Positions 1 to 11,419 of a DNA stretch of 64,000 bases are shown one piece after another (position 1 is the stretch's first letter; every line of letters begins with the position of its first letter). Position numbers and translations under genes: made by a program. The stretch comes from Fibrobacterales bacterium (GTDB taxonomy: Bacteria; Fibrobacterota; Fibrobacteria; Fibrobacterales; JAOPTW01): NCBI GenBank assembly GCA_051532055.1, contig JAOPTX010000047.1, positions 32,907-96,906 on the forward strand, given 5' to 3'. The notes under the pieces were generated by a model. It searched no databases. It was not told the DNA's origin and was given only the letters and a program-made list of their open reading frames with translations.

Positions 1-237
1 TCGTCCAATTGCTTCTACTGCCTCGTGCTCATCAGGGCCATCAGCTTGAACGGTAAGGATGTCATTTTGTAATGCTTCGAGTTGCATTATATCTAATATG
101 CTTTTTGCATCTGCAGTAAAATCATTCTTAGTTATAATAATAGAACAGACATGATTCAGTGCTTCTTGCGCGAGGAGGGCTGATGGACGGGCGTGTAGCC
201 CCTTTGGGTTTTCCAAAGTAAAACTCGATTGATACAT
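1..237 (-). CDS. ptsH: HPr phosphocarrier protein (3' end runs off the window)
   Basis: Manual translation MYQSSFTLENPKGLHARPSALL...DAKSILDIMQL...ADGPDEHEAVEAIGR contains the GLHARP His15 and AKSI Ser46 motifs. G-rich RBS at 241-248 on the minus strand. Not in the ORF track. Confidence 0.93.
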   Translation of the reverse strand, partial: MYQSSFTLENPKGLHARPSALLAQEALNHVCSIIITKNDFTADAKSILDIMQLEALQNDILTVQADGPDEHEAVEAIGR

Positions 238-363
238 TGTCCCCCCTTAAGGAAAGTACACTTGAGTTGTATAGAGACTGTAATTGTAAGAAATTAACAG
301 CTGATATGCGAGTTCGTTTGAGAAGTTAGACTCTTGAACTCTCTCTTTTTAGATACTTGAGTC

Positions 364-3000
364 TTATAGATAGCTTTCTTTAAGCTCCGCAACAAATTGT
401 AATGCACCCATGGGAGTCATGTTGTTTAAGTCCGCTTTCGCAAGGTCATTAATGAGGAGTTTGTGATTTTCGGTCATTGGTTCTGGTTCAAAGAGATCTT
501 GTTGTGGTTTCTCTTCAATATCAAATGATGCATCAAGAGGTACAGTACGTTTTGATTCGAGGCGGAGGAGAATTTTTTTGGCTCTCAGAATGACATTCTT
601 AGGAACACCGGCCATACCAGCAACTTGAATACCGTAACTTGAATCACAGGGACCTTTCTTAATTTTTCTCAAAAAGAGAAGTGATCCTTGTTGTTCTTTA
701 ACCGAGATATGATAATTTTCAACCCGTTTCAGACTCTCTTCGAGGGAACTGAGTTCGTGGTAGTGTGTCGCAAAAAGGGTTTTACCAGCAATTGCTGGTT
801 CATTGTGGAGCGTCTCTACAATAGCCCATGCTAATGAAAGCCCGTCAAAGGTGCTGGTACCTCGACCAATTTCATCGAGGAGTATGAGTGACTTTGCTGT
901 AGCGTTATTGAGAATGTTAGCAGTTTCAATCATTTCTACCATAAATGTTGATTGACCTTTACTGAGTCGATCTGATGCGCCAACACGAGTAAATATTCTG
1001 TCACATATTCCTATTTCAGCCTTCTCGGCTGAAACGAACGAGCCAATTTGGGCAAGAAGTACAATGATCCCTGTTTGACGAAGGTAGGTAGATTTACCGG
1101 CCATATTGGGGCCGGTAATGAGCATAATTTGACGCCCTTTTGCATCCATGTCTACATCATTACGTATAAAAGTAATATCGGGGTTCATTTTGGTAATGAC
1201 AGGATGCCAGCCACCATGAATATCGAGGTCAGTGCCTTCTTTAATAGAGGGGCGCATGAAGTTTTGTTTACGGGCAGCAAGTGCAAGTGAGTACAGAGAA
1301 TCTACAGAAGCGATATCATCAGCAACAGATCGAAGTTCACTGCACCAACCATTTGCTTCGTTTCTGAGTTCGGTAAAAATTTGATATTCAAGTTGATTTA
1401 TCTGAGACTCAGCATTGAGAATTTTTGTCTCATATTCTTTCATCTCGGGAGTAATGAATCGTTCAGCATTTGCGAGTGTCTGCTTCCGAATGTAGGTATC
1501 TGGAATTTTATCAATATGCTGTTTGGTTGTTTCGAGGTAATACCCAAAAACTTTATTAAAGCCAACTTTAAGTGTTGGGATTTTTAGTCGTTCTTTTTCG
1601 CGTGCTTCTAGGCCGGCTAGCCATTCGCGCGCTTCACGAATTCCTTCATTGAGAGCATCAAGTTTTTCATTTGCACCTCGACAGATCATCTTACCTTCAC
1701 GAAGGGTGAGAGGGAGGTCGTCGTTGAGGAGATCGAGAATGTATTCTCCTTTATGCCCAAGCTCAGAAAGACTTTGCTGCAGATGAGCAAAAATAGGACT
1801 TTTAAGGTCGTTGAGTATTGAACCAATATTGTCGGCTTTTAGGAGTGAGCGACCGAGTGCCTGGAGGTCACGAGCATTAGCTCTTCCTGAACCAATGCGT
1901 CCAATAAGTCGTTCAATATCATTGATTTCTCGAAGTTCAAGTTTGAGGTCTTCTTGTAATATTTGACTCTCAAAAACTTCTTCTACCGCATCGAGTCGTT
2001 TATGAATAAGGTTTTTGTTTACGAGTGGGTGAGAGACCCAGTGTTTTAGTTTTCGACCACCCATTGCAGTAATAGTATTGTCCAGCACCGAGATGAGAGT
2101 ACTACTGGTGTCATCGTTGTTGAGTGGTTTTAATAGCTCAAGGTTGCGAATGGTGGGGCCATCGAGAACCATGTAATCTGCAAGGTGGTGTACTTCAATA
2201 CGGTCGAGGTGATCTAATGAAGTCTTTTTAAGGTCAAGGGCATAGAGGAGTACAGCGCCGGCAGCAATCACAACCGATGCTGTTTTTTCTATACCAAAGG
2301 ATTCGAGGGTTTCAACTTTAAATTGTTTACAGAGCTCTGTATTAGCCTCTTCTATGGTAAAATAGGAGTCGGGAAGAATAGAAACGAGTACTTTGTCATT
2401 CTCTTTAAGGTCATCTACAAAGGGAAATTGGAGTGCGGTCTCTTCATTGACTAGTACTTCTTTAGCGCCGATTCGAAAAAGCTCATTTTCTATATCTTTT
2501 GCAGTGCCTTCGGCAACAAAAAAAGTTCCGGTACTAATGTCGAGTGCAGCAAGTGAGCAGTTAACCGAAGGGTCTACACTCATGTAGATACCGACAAGGT
2601 AGTTACTTGACTTAGCATCGAGGGTTGACTCGTTGAGGTTGGTTCCTGCGGTTATTACTTCTATAACGTCGCGCTTTACAATACCGACGGCGTCTTTGGG
2701 GTCTTCCATTTGTTCACAAATGGCGACTTTATGGCCTGCTTGAATCATTTTAGGAATGTATCGTTCAGCAGCGTGATACGGAAAGCCACAGAGTGGTGTT
2801 GGCTCTTTATCTTTACTGTTTCTGCTGGTAAGAGTGATACCAAGAATTTTAGCTGCAAAGATGGCATCTTCATTAAACAGTTCGTAAAAGTCACCCATTC
2901 TATAAAAGAGAACACAGTCACTATAGTTTGCTTTAATATCTAAATACTGACGCATCATAGGCGTCAATTTTTTACTGGGTGCTTCCGCTGTTTTTGACAT
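364..3000 (-). CDS. mutS: DNA mismatch repair protein MutS
   Basis: TPMMRQY...FYRMGDFYELF mismatch-binding motif, Walker A GPNMAGKST, DEIGRGTSTFDG and ATHYHEL. Confidence 0.98.
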   Translation of the reverse strand: MSKTAEAPSKKLTPMMRQYLDIKANYSDCVLFYRMGDFYELFNEDAIFAAKILGITLTSRNSKDKEPTPLCGFPYHAAERYIPKMIQAGHKVAICEQMEDPKDAVGIVKRDVIEVITAGTNLNESTLDAKSSNYLVGIYMSVDPSVNCSLAALDISTGTFFVAEGTAKDIENELFRIGAKEVLVNEETALQFPFVDDLKENDKVLVSILPDSYFTIEEANTELCKQFKVETLESFGIEKTASVVIAAGAVLLYALDLKKTSLDHLDRIEVHHLADYMVLDGPTIRNLELLKPLNNDDTSSTLISVLDNTITAMGGRKLKHWVSHPLVNKNLIHKRLDAVEEVFESQILQEDLKLELREINDIERLIGRIGSGRANARDLQALGRSLLKADNIGSILNDLKSPIFAHLQQSLSELGHKGEYILDLLNDDLPLTLREGKMICRGANEKLDALNEGIREAREWLAGLEAREKERLKIPTLKVGFNKVFGYYLETTKQHIDKIPDTYIRKQTLANAERFITPEMKEYETKILNAESQINQLEYQIFTELRNEANGWCSELRSVADDIASVDSLYSLALAARKQNFMRPSIKEGTDLDIHGGWHPVITKMNPDITFIRNDVDMDAKGRQIMLITGPNMAGKSTYLRQTGIIVLLAQIGSFVSAEKAEIGICDRIFTRVGASDRLSKGQSTFMVEMIETANILNNATAKSLILLDEIGRGTSTFDGLSLAWAIVETLHNEPAIAGKTLFATHYHELSSLEESLKRVENYHISVKEQQGSLLFLRKIKKGPCDSSYGIQVAGMAGVPKNVILRAKKILLRLESKRTVPLDASFDIEEKPQQDLFEPEPMTENHKLLINDLAKADLNNMTPMGALQFVAELKESYL

Positions 3001-3725
3001 TATTTTTCCTGAGATCTGTTCAGAATAGAGAGCTGGTTAGGATCAGCCTCTGAGTTCTCTTCCTCATCAATAAAGGGGCGAGGTTTGGTATCCATTTGCG
3101 GTAAGAGGAGATCAGAATTGATAATCTCATCGAGTTCATGCAATTTGGGAAGGTCATCACTAATACTGTTAATGTTAAAGTATTTCAAAAACTCATCAGT
3201 CGTAACATATTGAAATGCGCCACCAATTGAGGTTGATCTACCGCTCATTACTACAAGTTTTTTCTCGAGCAGCATCTTAAGTGGTGCATCACATGACTGA
3301 ACGCCACGAACGGACTCAATCTCGGCTTTAGTGATAGGTTGTTTGTAGGCAATGATAGAGAGAGTTTCGAGAGCAGCTCGTGATATTTTTTTGTAACTAC
3401 TGGTTTCGTTGAAAAGTTTTTTTACCCAAGGAAAGTATTTTACTTTAGTTCTAAAACGAAATCCCTTTGCTTGCTCAATCATCTCAAAGGGGCTTTCAAT
3501 TGATGAGAGCTTTTCATTAATAAGAACCATGCATTCGCGGAGATATTTAGCATCAATAAATTCGCCAATGATCTCTCTAAATTTTTTAATAGGGATAGTA
3601 TCACTTGCGGCAAATACAAGCGCCTGAACTACATCAGCGACTTCTTCAATATCTTGGAGCTCAATATTGTGGGCAGGAGCATTTTGCTCTTCGGTCTCAT
3701 GATTAGTGTCAGTGCTTTGGTCCAT
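3000..3725 (-). CDS. scpB: SMC-Scp complex subunit ScpB
   Basis: SRAALETLSIIAYKQPITKAEIESVRGV and YVTTDEFLKYF...LP motifs. Stop codon overlaps the mutS start (TAATG). Confidence 0.95.
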   Translation of the reverse strand: MDQSTDTNHETEEQNAPAHNIELQDIEEVADVVQALVFAASDTIPIKKFREIIGEFIDAKYLRECMVLINEKLSSIESPFEMIEQAKGFRFRTKVKYFPWVKKLFNETSSYKKISRAALETLSIIAYKQPITKAEIESVRGVQSCDAPLKMLLEKKLVVMSGRSTSIGGAFQYVTTDEFLKYFNINSISDDLPKLHELDEIINSDLLLPQMDTKPRPFIDEEENSEADPNQLSILNRSQEK

Positions 3726-4012
3726 TAACTACCTGATTTTGTGTATCTTACAGCAATATGATTGAGAAGGGAAATATAGTTTATCGCTGAAAAAATAGGA
3801 GATTGAATCTTTTTTGCATGGGGGATCATGGTACAATATGGTTCCCGTAGCAATGGAGAAAGTAGAGTAGGCAAAAAGAGTGAACGTATGTGCACTAAAA
3901 GATTATAAGACTCTCTTTTTAAATAAAATCTGAAGAGTTTTACGTTATTTTTCACATGTACTCACTTCATAATAAATTATTATTTCTGTATGAGTAACAG
4001 TGATGGTTCTTT

Positions 4013-4540
4013 ATGAATAAAATAACAATAAGTATAGCATTTGTTTCATGGCTTTTTATGAGTTGTGCGCTTCAAAAAAGTGGCCCAGTTGTTAAAATAG
4101 GGTATGTTGACACACAAATGATTATTGAAAACTATAGTCAAGCTGAAAAAGTCCGAAGGGCTATGAAGCTCAACACTCAAAATGCTCAAAATGAGGTAGA
4201 TAAACTTCTTGGTTTGGCAAATCAAAAACTAGAAATCTATAAGAAAGAACTCGGAGGGGCGCAAAATACCAAAAACGAGAAACGGGTAACTGAACTTAAA
4301 GAGTTGATACAGATGACTGCAGCAACTTTTGAAAATCAGAAAACAATGCTCCAAGAAAAACTTTCAATTACGAATGAGAATATATCACAGGATGTTCTCA
4401 AAAGAATCAATGAATATATTGATGAATATGCTCAAAAACAGGGGTATACTGTTGTAATTGAGAAAAACGCTGGCATTCTCTATCATGATGTCACTATCAG
4501 TATCACCCAAGAAATATTACAAGGCTTAAACAGTAAGTAA
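4013..4540 (+). CDS. OmpH/Skp family periplasmic chaperone
   Basis: Signal peptide, KIGYVD motif, coiled-coil body, YAQKQGYTVVI...ITQEILQGLN C-terminus. Confidence 0.85.
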   Translation: MNKITISIAFVSWLFMSCALQKSGPVVKIGYVDTQMIIENYSQAEKVRRAMKLNTQNAQNEVDKLLGLANQKLEIYKKELGGAQNTKNEKRVTELKELIQMTAATFENQKTMLQEKLSITNENISQDVLKRINEYIDEYAQKQGYTVVIEKNAGILYHDVTISITQEILQGLNSK

Positions 4541-4668
4541 TCTCAATAGTTTCTGTATAGGATAAAAAGCGAAAAACTGTTACAACTCGGTACTGTCATC
4601 GTTAAATTCTGGATATACAGTACAAAATACGATATACTCTATTGATACTGTTAATTAGGTAATAGGTA

Positions 4669-6018
4669 ATGTCAGGGGTGACCGAAGAGGTTCAACAGGT
4701 CTTACATAATGCGAGTCGAACATGGGGGACTGAGTTTTTTAATGCTATTACCAAAAATCTTGGTGTCATTATAAAAGCAGACTACCTCTTTATTGGTAAA
4801 GTAAATTGTGACGCGAGTGGGGTTGATACCATTGGTCTGTGGGGTAAGGGGGCGCATCAACATGATTTTTATTATGACCTTGAAGGTACCCCTTGCAAAG
4901 ATGTATCTGATGACTCTATCTGTTGTTACCTTAATGATGTTACCAAATTGTACCCTAAAGACACACTTCTTATAGAAATGAATATTGAAGGGTATGTGGG
5001 GACTCCCCTGAAAAATTCTCGCGGTGAAGTATTTGCACTTCTTGTTGCTCTTTTTGAATCTCCCATTACAGAGCGAGAGCATATTCTTACACTATTTGAG
5101 CTCTTTGCTGGTAGAGTGTCTGCAGAGCTTGAACGAGAAGAGAGGGAACGTCAATTAAAAGAGTTAAATGATGTGCTTGAACATACTATAGAAGAAAGGA
5201 CTCATGAACTTTCTGAGAAAAATAATGCACTTGAAAAGGTGCTACATGAGGTAGAAGAAGCACGAGAGACTTTAATTGAAAATGAAAAACTTGCCACACT
5301 TGGGTCACTCGTTGCGGGGATAGCTCATGAAGTGAATACTCCTTTAGGCGTTGCATTGACCGCCTCGACAGGGCTTCATATAGAGTATGAAAGATTAAAA
5401 AGTTTATTTGATGACAGTATACTCAAAAAATCTGACATGCATCTATTTCTAGATAGTGCAGATCAGGCATTTGGTATTCTCGAGAGAAACCTTGAGAGAA
5501 GTGCTGAAATTATACGAAACTTTAAAAAGATATCTGCTGATCAAGGCTCCGGAGAAGAACGTACTATTAATTTAAAAGAGTATGTTGATGAAATTCTCCA
5601 AAGCTTAAAACCTGCCATTAAGAAAACTAATATTACTTTTAATAATAAGCTTCCTCAGGGTATTCTCTTAAACACATCTGTTGGAGCAATCTATCAAGTC
5701 TTCTCTAACTTGTGTATGAATGTAATCCACAATGGCTATAGTGAAAATCAAAAAGGCTGGGTATTTATTGAGGGGGCTATTGAAAATAGTGTTGTAGTAA
5801 TAACCGTTAGTAATGGTGGAGCTCCAATTTCAGAATCTCTTGTAGATACCTTATTTGATCCCTTCATAACCTCGCGTAGAGGACGTGGTGGCACAGGTCT
5901 TGGACTTCATATTGTAAAAAATGTTGTTAATTCAGTACTCAAAGGAAGTATAGAATTAACATGTTCTCAAACACCGGTAACTTTTACCATAACCATACCT
6001 GGAGTATTGGATGAGTGA
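4669..6018 (+). CDS. GAF-domain sensor histidine kinase
   Basis: GTPC..V...ICCY GAF-type N-terminus, H-box LVAGIAHEVNTPLG, FDPFITS and GGTGLGL. Confidence 0.9.
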   Translation: MSGVTEEVQQVLHNASRTWGTEFFNAITKNLGVIIKADYLFIGKVNCDASGVDTIGLWGKGAHQHDFYYDLEGTPCKDVSDDSICCYLNDVTKLYPKDTLLIEMNIEGYVGTPLKNSRGEVFALLVALFESPITEREHILTLFELFAGRVSAELEREERERQLKELNDVLEHTIEERTHELSEKNNALEKVLHEVEEARETLIENEKLATLGSLVAGIAHEVNTPLGVALTASTGLHIEYERLKSLFDDSILKKSDMHLFLDSADQAFGILERNLERSAEIIRNFKKISADQGSGEERTINLKEYVDEILQSLKPAIKKTNITFNNKLPQGILLNTSVGAIYQVFSNLCMNVIHNGYSENQKGWVFIEGAIENSVVVITVSNGGAPISESLVDTLFDPFITSRRGRGGTGLGLHIVKNVVNSVLKGSIELTCSQTPVTFTITIPGVLDE

Positions 6019-7537
6019 TTTGCTCATATTTGCAGAAGAGGAAGAGGCTCAACAAAGTGAATTAGGGCCTCCGTGGCGTATTCTGCTCGTTGATGATGAT
6101 AAGGAAGTACATGATGTCACCCGATTTGTTTTAAAGAGTAAAAAACTTTTTAATCGACCTATTGAAATTATTAGTGTCTATAGTTTTTTAGAGGCAAAAG
6201 ACCTTTTGATGCATGATGATGACTTTGCACTTGCTTATATTGATGTCGTGATGGAGACTGATGATGCCGGGTTACAATTAATTGAATTCATTAGAAATGA
6301 TCTTAAAAATAGTATGATGCGTTTGACTATTCGTACTGGGCAACCAGGAGTGGCACCAGAAGAGGATGTTATAACGCGCTTTGATATTAATGACTATAGA
6401 GAAAAAACTGATATGAATGCGAGACGTCTCTTTAGCTCAACCTATACTGCACTTCGTTCTTATAGAGAAATAATAGCTCTTAATGAAAACAGAAAAGGTC
6501 TTAAAAAAGTAATAGAGTCTTCGGGGACGATTCATGGCATCCAACGATTGGGTGAGTTTGGCTCGGGTGTATTAGATCAGCTTGCAAATATTCTCTTTAG
6601 TGATAATGGTCATGGGGTAAACTGTGGTGGTGTTGCTGTATTTAAAAGTGATAAGGGGTTTGACGTAATTGCGCGTACTGGTGAATATGGGAATACAGGA
6701 GAAAGTATTGTTGAACTGGGGAAGAGCGTTGTCGAAAGAATAACAACGGTCTATCAAAGTAGAACGACGATGATTGGTGATGATTATTATGCAGGGTATT
6801 TTACGGGGCATGGAGGCACAGAATATGTACTTTACATGCATGGGCAAACAATCGGGATTTCTTTTGATGATGAATTACTAGAACTCTTTTGTAATAATGT
6901 GAGTGTGGCTCGTGAAAATAATGAATTAAAAACTCACATGGATGTGACTCAAAAGGAGATTGTTTATCTGCTTGGTGAAGCAGTTGAAAGAAGATCAGAA
7001 GAAACAGGTAATCATGTTCGAAGGGTCGCTCACTATTCAAGACTTCTTGCAACTCTTCGTGGGCTATCATCTGAGCAGTGCGAAGAAATCTATATGGCTT
7101 CTCCACTCCATGACCTTGGTAAAATAGCTATTCCTGATGCAGTATTAAATAAACCAGGTAAGCTTGATGCTGAAGAATGGTTAGTGATGCAGAAGCATGC
7201 TGAGTATGGACACGAGATGTTAAGAGATAGTAATAATATAACCCTTAAAGCTGCAGCGGTTATAGCCTATCATCATCATGAAAAATGGAATGGAAAAGGG
7301 TACCCTCAACAATTATCGGGTGAAGAAATTCATATGTACGGCAGAATTACTGCTCTTGCAGATGTGTTTGATGCTTTGGGTTCCGATAGATGTTACAAAG
7401 ATGCCTGGCCGTTAGATGCTGTCCTTAAGCTGATACGGAATGAAAAGGGAGAGCATTTTGATCCAGATCTCGTTGATCTTTTTCTAGATAACATCGACGA
7501 CTTTATTGATATTCGTGACCGTTATTCAGATGTGTGA
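6011..7537 (+). CDS. Response regulator with DUF3369-like linker and HD-GYP c-di-GMP phosphodiesterase domain
   Basis: REC motifs LLVDDD, DVVME and RTGQPG; ETGNHVRRV, LHDLGKI and HHEKWNGKGYP. Overlaps the kinase stop. Confidence 0.92.
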   Translation: MSDLLIFAEEEEAQQSELGPPWRILLVDDDKEVHDVTRFVLKSKKLFNRPIEIISVYSFLEAKDLLMHDDDFALAYIDVVMETDDAGLQLIEFIRNDLKNSMMRLTIRTGQPGVAPEEDVITRFDINDYREKTDMNARRLFSSTYTALRSYREIIALNENRKGLKKVIESSGTIHGIQRLGEFGSGVLDQLANILFSDNGHGVNCGGVAVFKSDKGFDVIARTGEYGNTGESIVELGKSVVERITTVYQSRTTMIGDDYYAGYFTGHGGTEYVLYMHGQTIGISFDDELLELFCNNVSVARENNELKTHMDVTQKEIVYLLGEAVERRSEETGNHVRRVAHYSRLLATLRGLSSEQCEEIYMASPLHDLGKIAIPDAVLNKPGKLDAEEWLVMQKHAEYGHEMLRDSNNITLKAAAVIAYHHHEKWNGKGYPQQLSGEEIHMYGRITALADVFDALGSDRCYKDAWPLDAVLKLIRNEKGEHFDPDLVDLFLDNIDDFIDIRDRYSDV

Positions 7538-7572
7538 TATGAGAGACTCCCTCATGAAAAAGGTTTACAGAG

Positions 7573-8412
7573 ATGAATGAACAATCAATAGATATAGCTT
7601 TCCTTGACTTTTTAGCGGGTGATGAGAAAAATGTACCCCTCGAGCGAAGAGGGTTAAATGTCATTATCTTTGCTGCCGGTATACTTTGTACCGTATTGGT
7701 CCTTGAGGCAATTGTATTGCAATGGGAAGGGGTAACGCTAGGAATCACTTTATGGATGTCATTTATGCTTTGGACTCTCTACTATATTGCTCGAACTACC
7801 AAACAGAATAGCTGGTTGGCATGGGTTTATCTGGGAGTACATGCAAGTGGAATTCTTGTAGACTGGTTTTTAGTGGCGGGTAATGTTGGTATTGCACCTA
7901 TGGTATTCGTTGGTTTTGCTGTTTTGGTGCCTATCATCACAAAGCGGACTCAGTTATTAAAGGGGGTTATCTTGCTGGTGGCAGTATATACTTCACTTTT
8001 TTTGGGAACAATAGTTTTTGATGTTGTGGGGCATAAAGCAACAGATGTTATGCATGTACAAGAAACGCTTATTGAAATGGGAATGGTTGCCACATGTATG
8101 TTTGTAGTAACTTTTGTGGCAATTCAGTCCTATCGATCTGCTCATTTGCGTAGCTATACTCTTAACTATGACCTTGAATTGAAGAATTTACAGCTTCAAA
8201 AAGCAGTAGACGAAATTAAAACTCTGCAGGGAATAATTCCTATCTGTTCGTGTTGTAAAAAAATTAGATCTGAAGGTGGTGCTTGGGATCAAATTGAACA
8301 TTACATTTCTAAACATAGTGATGCTTCATTCTCCCATGGAGTCTGTCCTGATTGCTTAAAGAGTGAATATCCTCATATTCATGAACGCATGGAGAAGAAA
8401 GGAAAAGTATAA
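7573..8412 (+). CDS. Multi-pass membrane protein with C-terminal Cys-rich (zinc-ribbon-like) signalling tail
   Basis: Several hydrophobic segments; tail IIPICSCCKKIR...WDQIEHYISKHS..SFSHGVCPDC. Confidence 0.75.
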   Translation: MNEQSIDIAFLDFLAGDEKNVPLERRGLNVIIFAAGILCTVLVLEAIVLQWEGVTLGITLWMSFMLWTLYYIARTTKQNSWLAWVYLGVHASGILVDWFLVAGNVGIAPMVFVGFAVLVPIITKRTQLLKGVILLVAVYTSLFLGTIVFDVVGHKATDVMHVQETLIEMGMVATCMFVVTFVAIQSYRSAHLRSYTLNYDLELKNLQLQKAVDEIKTLQGIIPICSCCKKIRSEGGAWDQIEHYISKHSDASFSHGVCPDCLKSEYPHIHERMEKKGKV

Positions 8413-8413
8413 T

Positions 8414-10180
8414 TTATGTTTCTTTTCGCTTATACCATATAGAAATGGCTTCTTGTACTCTCGATTTTTGTATTGGTTTTGAAATATAGCTATTCATTCC
8501 TGCTGTGAGACATGCGTCACGGTCTTCTTTCATAGCATTGGCAGTCATGGCGACTATGGGAATCGATTGGTCAATTTCACCGTGAGTACCGGAACGAATA
8601 ACTCGTGTTGTTTCGAGACCTCCAAGAACCGGCATTTGCATATCCATAAATACCAATTCAAAGCTTCGTTGTTTGAGAATAGAGAGGGCGACTGCACCAT
8701 TTTCTGCCGGGGTTACTGTGTGCCCAAGTTTATTGAGAAGCTTTGTTATAACCCTTAAGTTCATGCTATTGTCCTCAACTACAAGTATGTCAATATTTGG
8801 AGTGTTAATATCACAAGTGGGGAGTTCTTCCTCAGGGGCAATGGCTTTATTTTCAGGTATGGTACAATGCATAGTGAACCAAAACGTTGAGCCGGAGCCT
8901 ACATCGCTATACAGACCTATGTCACCATCCATCAGTTTTGCAAGCTGTTTGGATATTGAGAGTCCAAGGCCGGTCCCCCCAAATTGCCTGGTTATGGAGT
9001 TGTCGGCTTGGCTAAAATTTTCGAAAAGATGTATTTGTTTATCTAAGGGGATACCGATGCCCGTATCTTCAACGGAAAACTTTATATAGATACTATTTGA
9101 AGTCTCTTCAATCATAGCGCATTGAAGCTTTACTGAACCCTTAGGGGTAAATTTAATAGCATTTCCAATTAAGTTTGTAAGGACCTGATGAATGCGAACC
9201 GGGTCCCCTGTAACAATCCGAGGAATGTCTTTTGAAATACCCTGAAGGTATTGGAGACCCTTTTCTTCACACCGCAAAATATTAATTATTGAGAGATTGC
9301 TGAGGAGTGAATGGAGGTCAAAATTTATCTGTTCAACATCGAGTTTGCCTGCTTCAATTTTTGAAAAATCCAATATGTCATTGATGATGGTGAGTAAGTT
9401 GTTTCCGCTGTCTCGGACGGCCTCGACTAGTTCGCGCTGTTCATCATCTAGGCTGGTATCGAGGAGTAATCGATTCATTCCAATAACACCATTCATAGGA
9501 GTGCGAATCTCATGACTCATGTTAGCGAGAAACTCGCCTTTGGCATTTTTTGCTGCGGTCGCTTGATGTTTTGCAATAGTGAGGGCGTTTATTGATTCAT
9601 CATATTGGTTATAAAACACTGATATGAGGCCAGTCATTAAAAATAATGCTCCTAAAATATTGCCTGCAAAGAATAATTTATAGGATATGGAATCAATGGT
9701 GAAAGGGAGGTTGTATAAGGTTGGGTACCCTAAACTCTCATAGAGCAAGACGAGTACTATCAAGAAACAAGTTATGGCAGTATAGAGTTGACTCTCTTTT
9801 CTGCTGAGTAGTGTATAGACACTCAGCACCATTACGGCACACCAAATCATAATGGGAGAAGTGATACCGCCTGATGTTAAAATTATAGGTAGGAGCGCTA
9901 TAGCTGTTGTAAAAGAGATGATTCTACCAGCGAGATTGAAGTTGTGAAAATAATGAATACTAAAGAGGCCAAGGAGCCCTGTTACAAACCCTAGAATTGA
10001 AGCTCCCATAGCGATGTAATTATTCCAAAAGAGATAGATAAATATAAAAGGAAACCAACCAGCAGCAATGCCAAGTTGAAATGTGTAAATCATGCGCTGT
10101 TGCTGGTATTCCACAGTATGTTTGGGAACCGTCGCATGGTTCTCTGAGAAAGAGAACATGTCTAACAATTGGTTTATCAT
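8414..10180 (-). CDS. Membrane-bound hybrid histidine kinase/response regulator
   Basis: TM region, [38 protein letters not shown]-terminal REC (DMQMP, MTANA, KP). Confidence 0.94.
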   Translation of the reverse strand: MINQLLDMFSFSENHATVPKHTVEYQQQRMIYTFQLGIAAGWFPFIFIYLFWNNYIAMGASILGFVTGLLGLFSIHYFHNFNLAGRIISFTTAIALLPIILTSGGITSPIMIWCAVMVLSVYTLLSRKESQLYTAITCFLIVLVLLYESLGYPTLYNLPFTIDSISYKLFFAGNILGALFLMTGLISVFYNQYDESINALTIAKHQATAAKNAKGEFLANMSHEIRTPMNGVIGMNRLLLDTSLDDEQRELVEAVRDSGNNLLTIINDILDFSKIEAGKLDVEQINFDLHSLLSNLSIINILRCEEKGLQYLQGISKDIPRIVTGDPVRIHQVLTNLIGNAIKFTPKGSVKLQCAMIEETSNSIYIKFSVEDTGIGIPLDKQIHLFENFSQADNSITRQFGGTGLGLSISKQLAKLMDGDIGLYSDVGSGSTFWFTMHCTIPENKAIAPEEELPTCDINTPNIDILVVEDNSMNLRVITKLLNKLGHTVTPAENGAVALSILKQRSFELVFMDMQMPVLGGLETTRVIRSGTHGEIDQSIPIVAMTANAMKEDRDACLTAGMNSYISKPIQKSRVQEAISIWYKRKET

Positions 10181-10324
10181 AGCCTACCTTCGGTTAATTG
10201 TACCGAAATTATGTGCGGTAAGCCATGTTTAAGAATGGAATATCGGGGTAATGACAGAAAACAGAGTCCTGTAATGGGTGTTCTAACTATTCACCTGTAT
10301 GTTGCTATTTATTCATATTTACAA

Positions 10325-11419
10325 TTATTGAATAATAAACAAGGATTTTCGGCTTCCTTGTAGCGTTATAATCAGACCTGTAGGAAGAAAGCGAGGTATG
10401 TCACCTGAGATAATACCATGAAACAGTTGGACTCCAGTCACTGAATAAATCGTAATTGGTTTGCTTAAAGCTATATGATTAATCCAGTGCCTTTGATCTG
10501 TTTCTGTAAAGGTGAGATTAATAGCTACAGGTGCTTCACTGGAGGAGGTTTCAATGATTGATGACTCTACAGTAGATGATTCCTCACTCGATGATTCTTC
10601 TTCATAAGGTTCATCATTCCCTTGTGGGGGTTCTTCAGTAGCTTGAGAACTTGATACATCAGCTGAATGTGATGAAGGAGTGGTTGAACTTATTGTCGCT
10701 TCTGAACTTGATTCATCACGCCAGCCAACTTTTTGCCAGCCTTCTTCTATGAGTGCATCGGTGATGCCGCAACCGCCGGCATTGGGGTCAGTACCTCCAT
10801 TAAGACGGGGGATATAGACTGGGTGTACTTCTCCGCTTTCGGTGATGTGTTCGATATTAGATTCTGAATCATCCCAAAAGATTACTCGCATACGATCTTC
10901 GGCATTATCGGGGTCCATACCATATGCCCGCATAATTTTGTCATTGACATCGGGCTTATATGAATTATGATCCATGTGATAGGCACAGGTTTCACAGTTC
11001 CAGTTTGCCTTGTCGTTGATTTTTGGATAGGACCACTCTTTTGATGCGTTGTCGTAATGATCTGATTGCAAAAATTCAGGAAAGTGGTTGTCATCAATGA
11101 GATGACTAATTTTGTCCTCATAACCCACTTCAAGAGCTGCATGGCTATTGATACCGATAAATGCTCCATTGTCAACACACCGTGCAATAGCTTCACGTGC
11201 TTTTACCCCTAGGCACTGATAGCGTGGGTCCCAATTGTAGACATTGTTGTCGCTCGAATAGTTAAAGCAATGGTACTCCTCTTTATCATCAGTAGCAGGG
11301 CATTTATGTGATGAAAGGGTAAGGTCATAATCAAAGATACAAAGAACCTGAGGGTTTTTGGCAAATGTCGATAGGGCAAGGAGGGTACTTATAATAAGTG
11401 TATTTTTGAGAAATGTCAT
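10325..11419 (-). CDS. Secreted HAD-like (DxDxT) protein with Ser/Glu-rich linker and T9SS-like C-terminal tail
   Basis: Signal peptide; CIFDYDLTL and IFWDDSESNI motifs; tail ITIYSVTGVQL..G...LPTGLII. Confidence 0.6.
   Translation of the reverse strand: MTFLKNTLIISTLLALSTFAKNPQVLCIFDYDLTLSSHKCPATDDKEEYHCFNYSSDNNVYNWDPRYQCLGVKAREAIARCVDNGAFIGINSHAALEVGYEDKISHLIDDNHFPEFLQSDHYDNASKEWSYPKINDKANWNCETCAYHMDHNSYKPDVNDKIMRAYGMDPDNAEDRMRVIFWDDSESNIEHITESGEVHPVYIPRLNGGTDPNAGGCGITDALIEEGWQKVGWRDESSSEATISSTTPSSHSADVSSSQATEEPPQGNDEPYEEESSSEESSTVESSIIETSSSEAPVAINLTFTETDQRHWINHIALSKPITIYSVTGVQLFHGIISGDIPRFLPTGLIITLQGSRKSLFIIQ

Noticed and set aside
3725..3955. 76-aa ORF upstream of scpB as scpA
   Set aside because: Too short, no ScpA motifs; looks like promoter-region noise.
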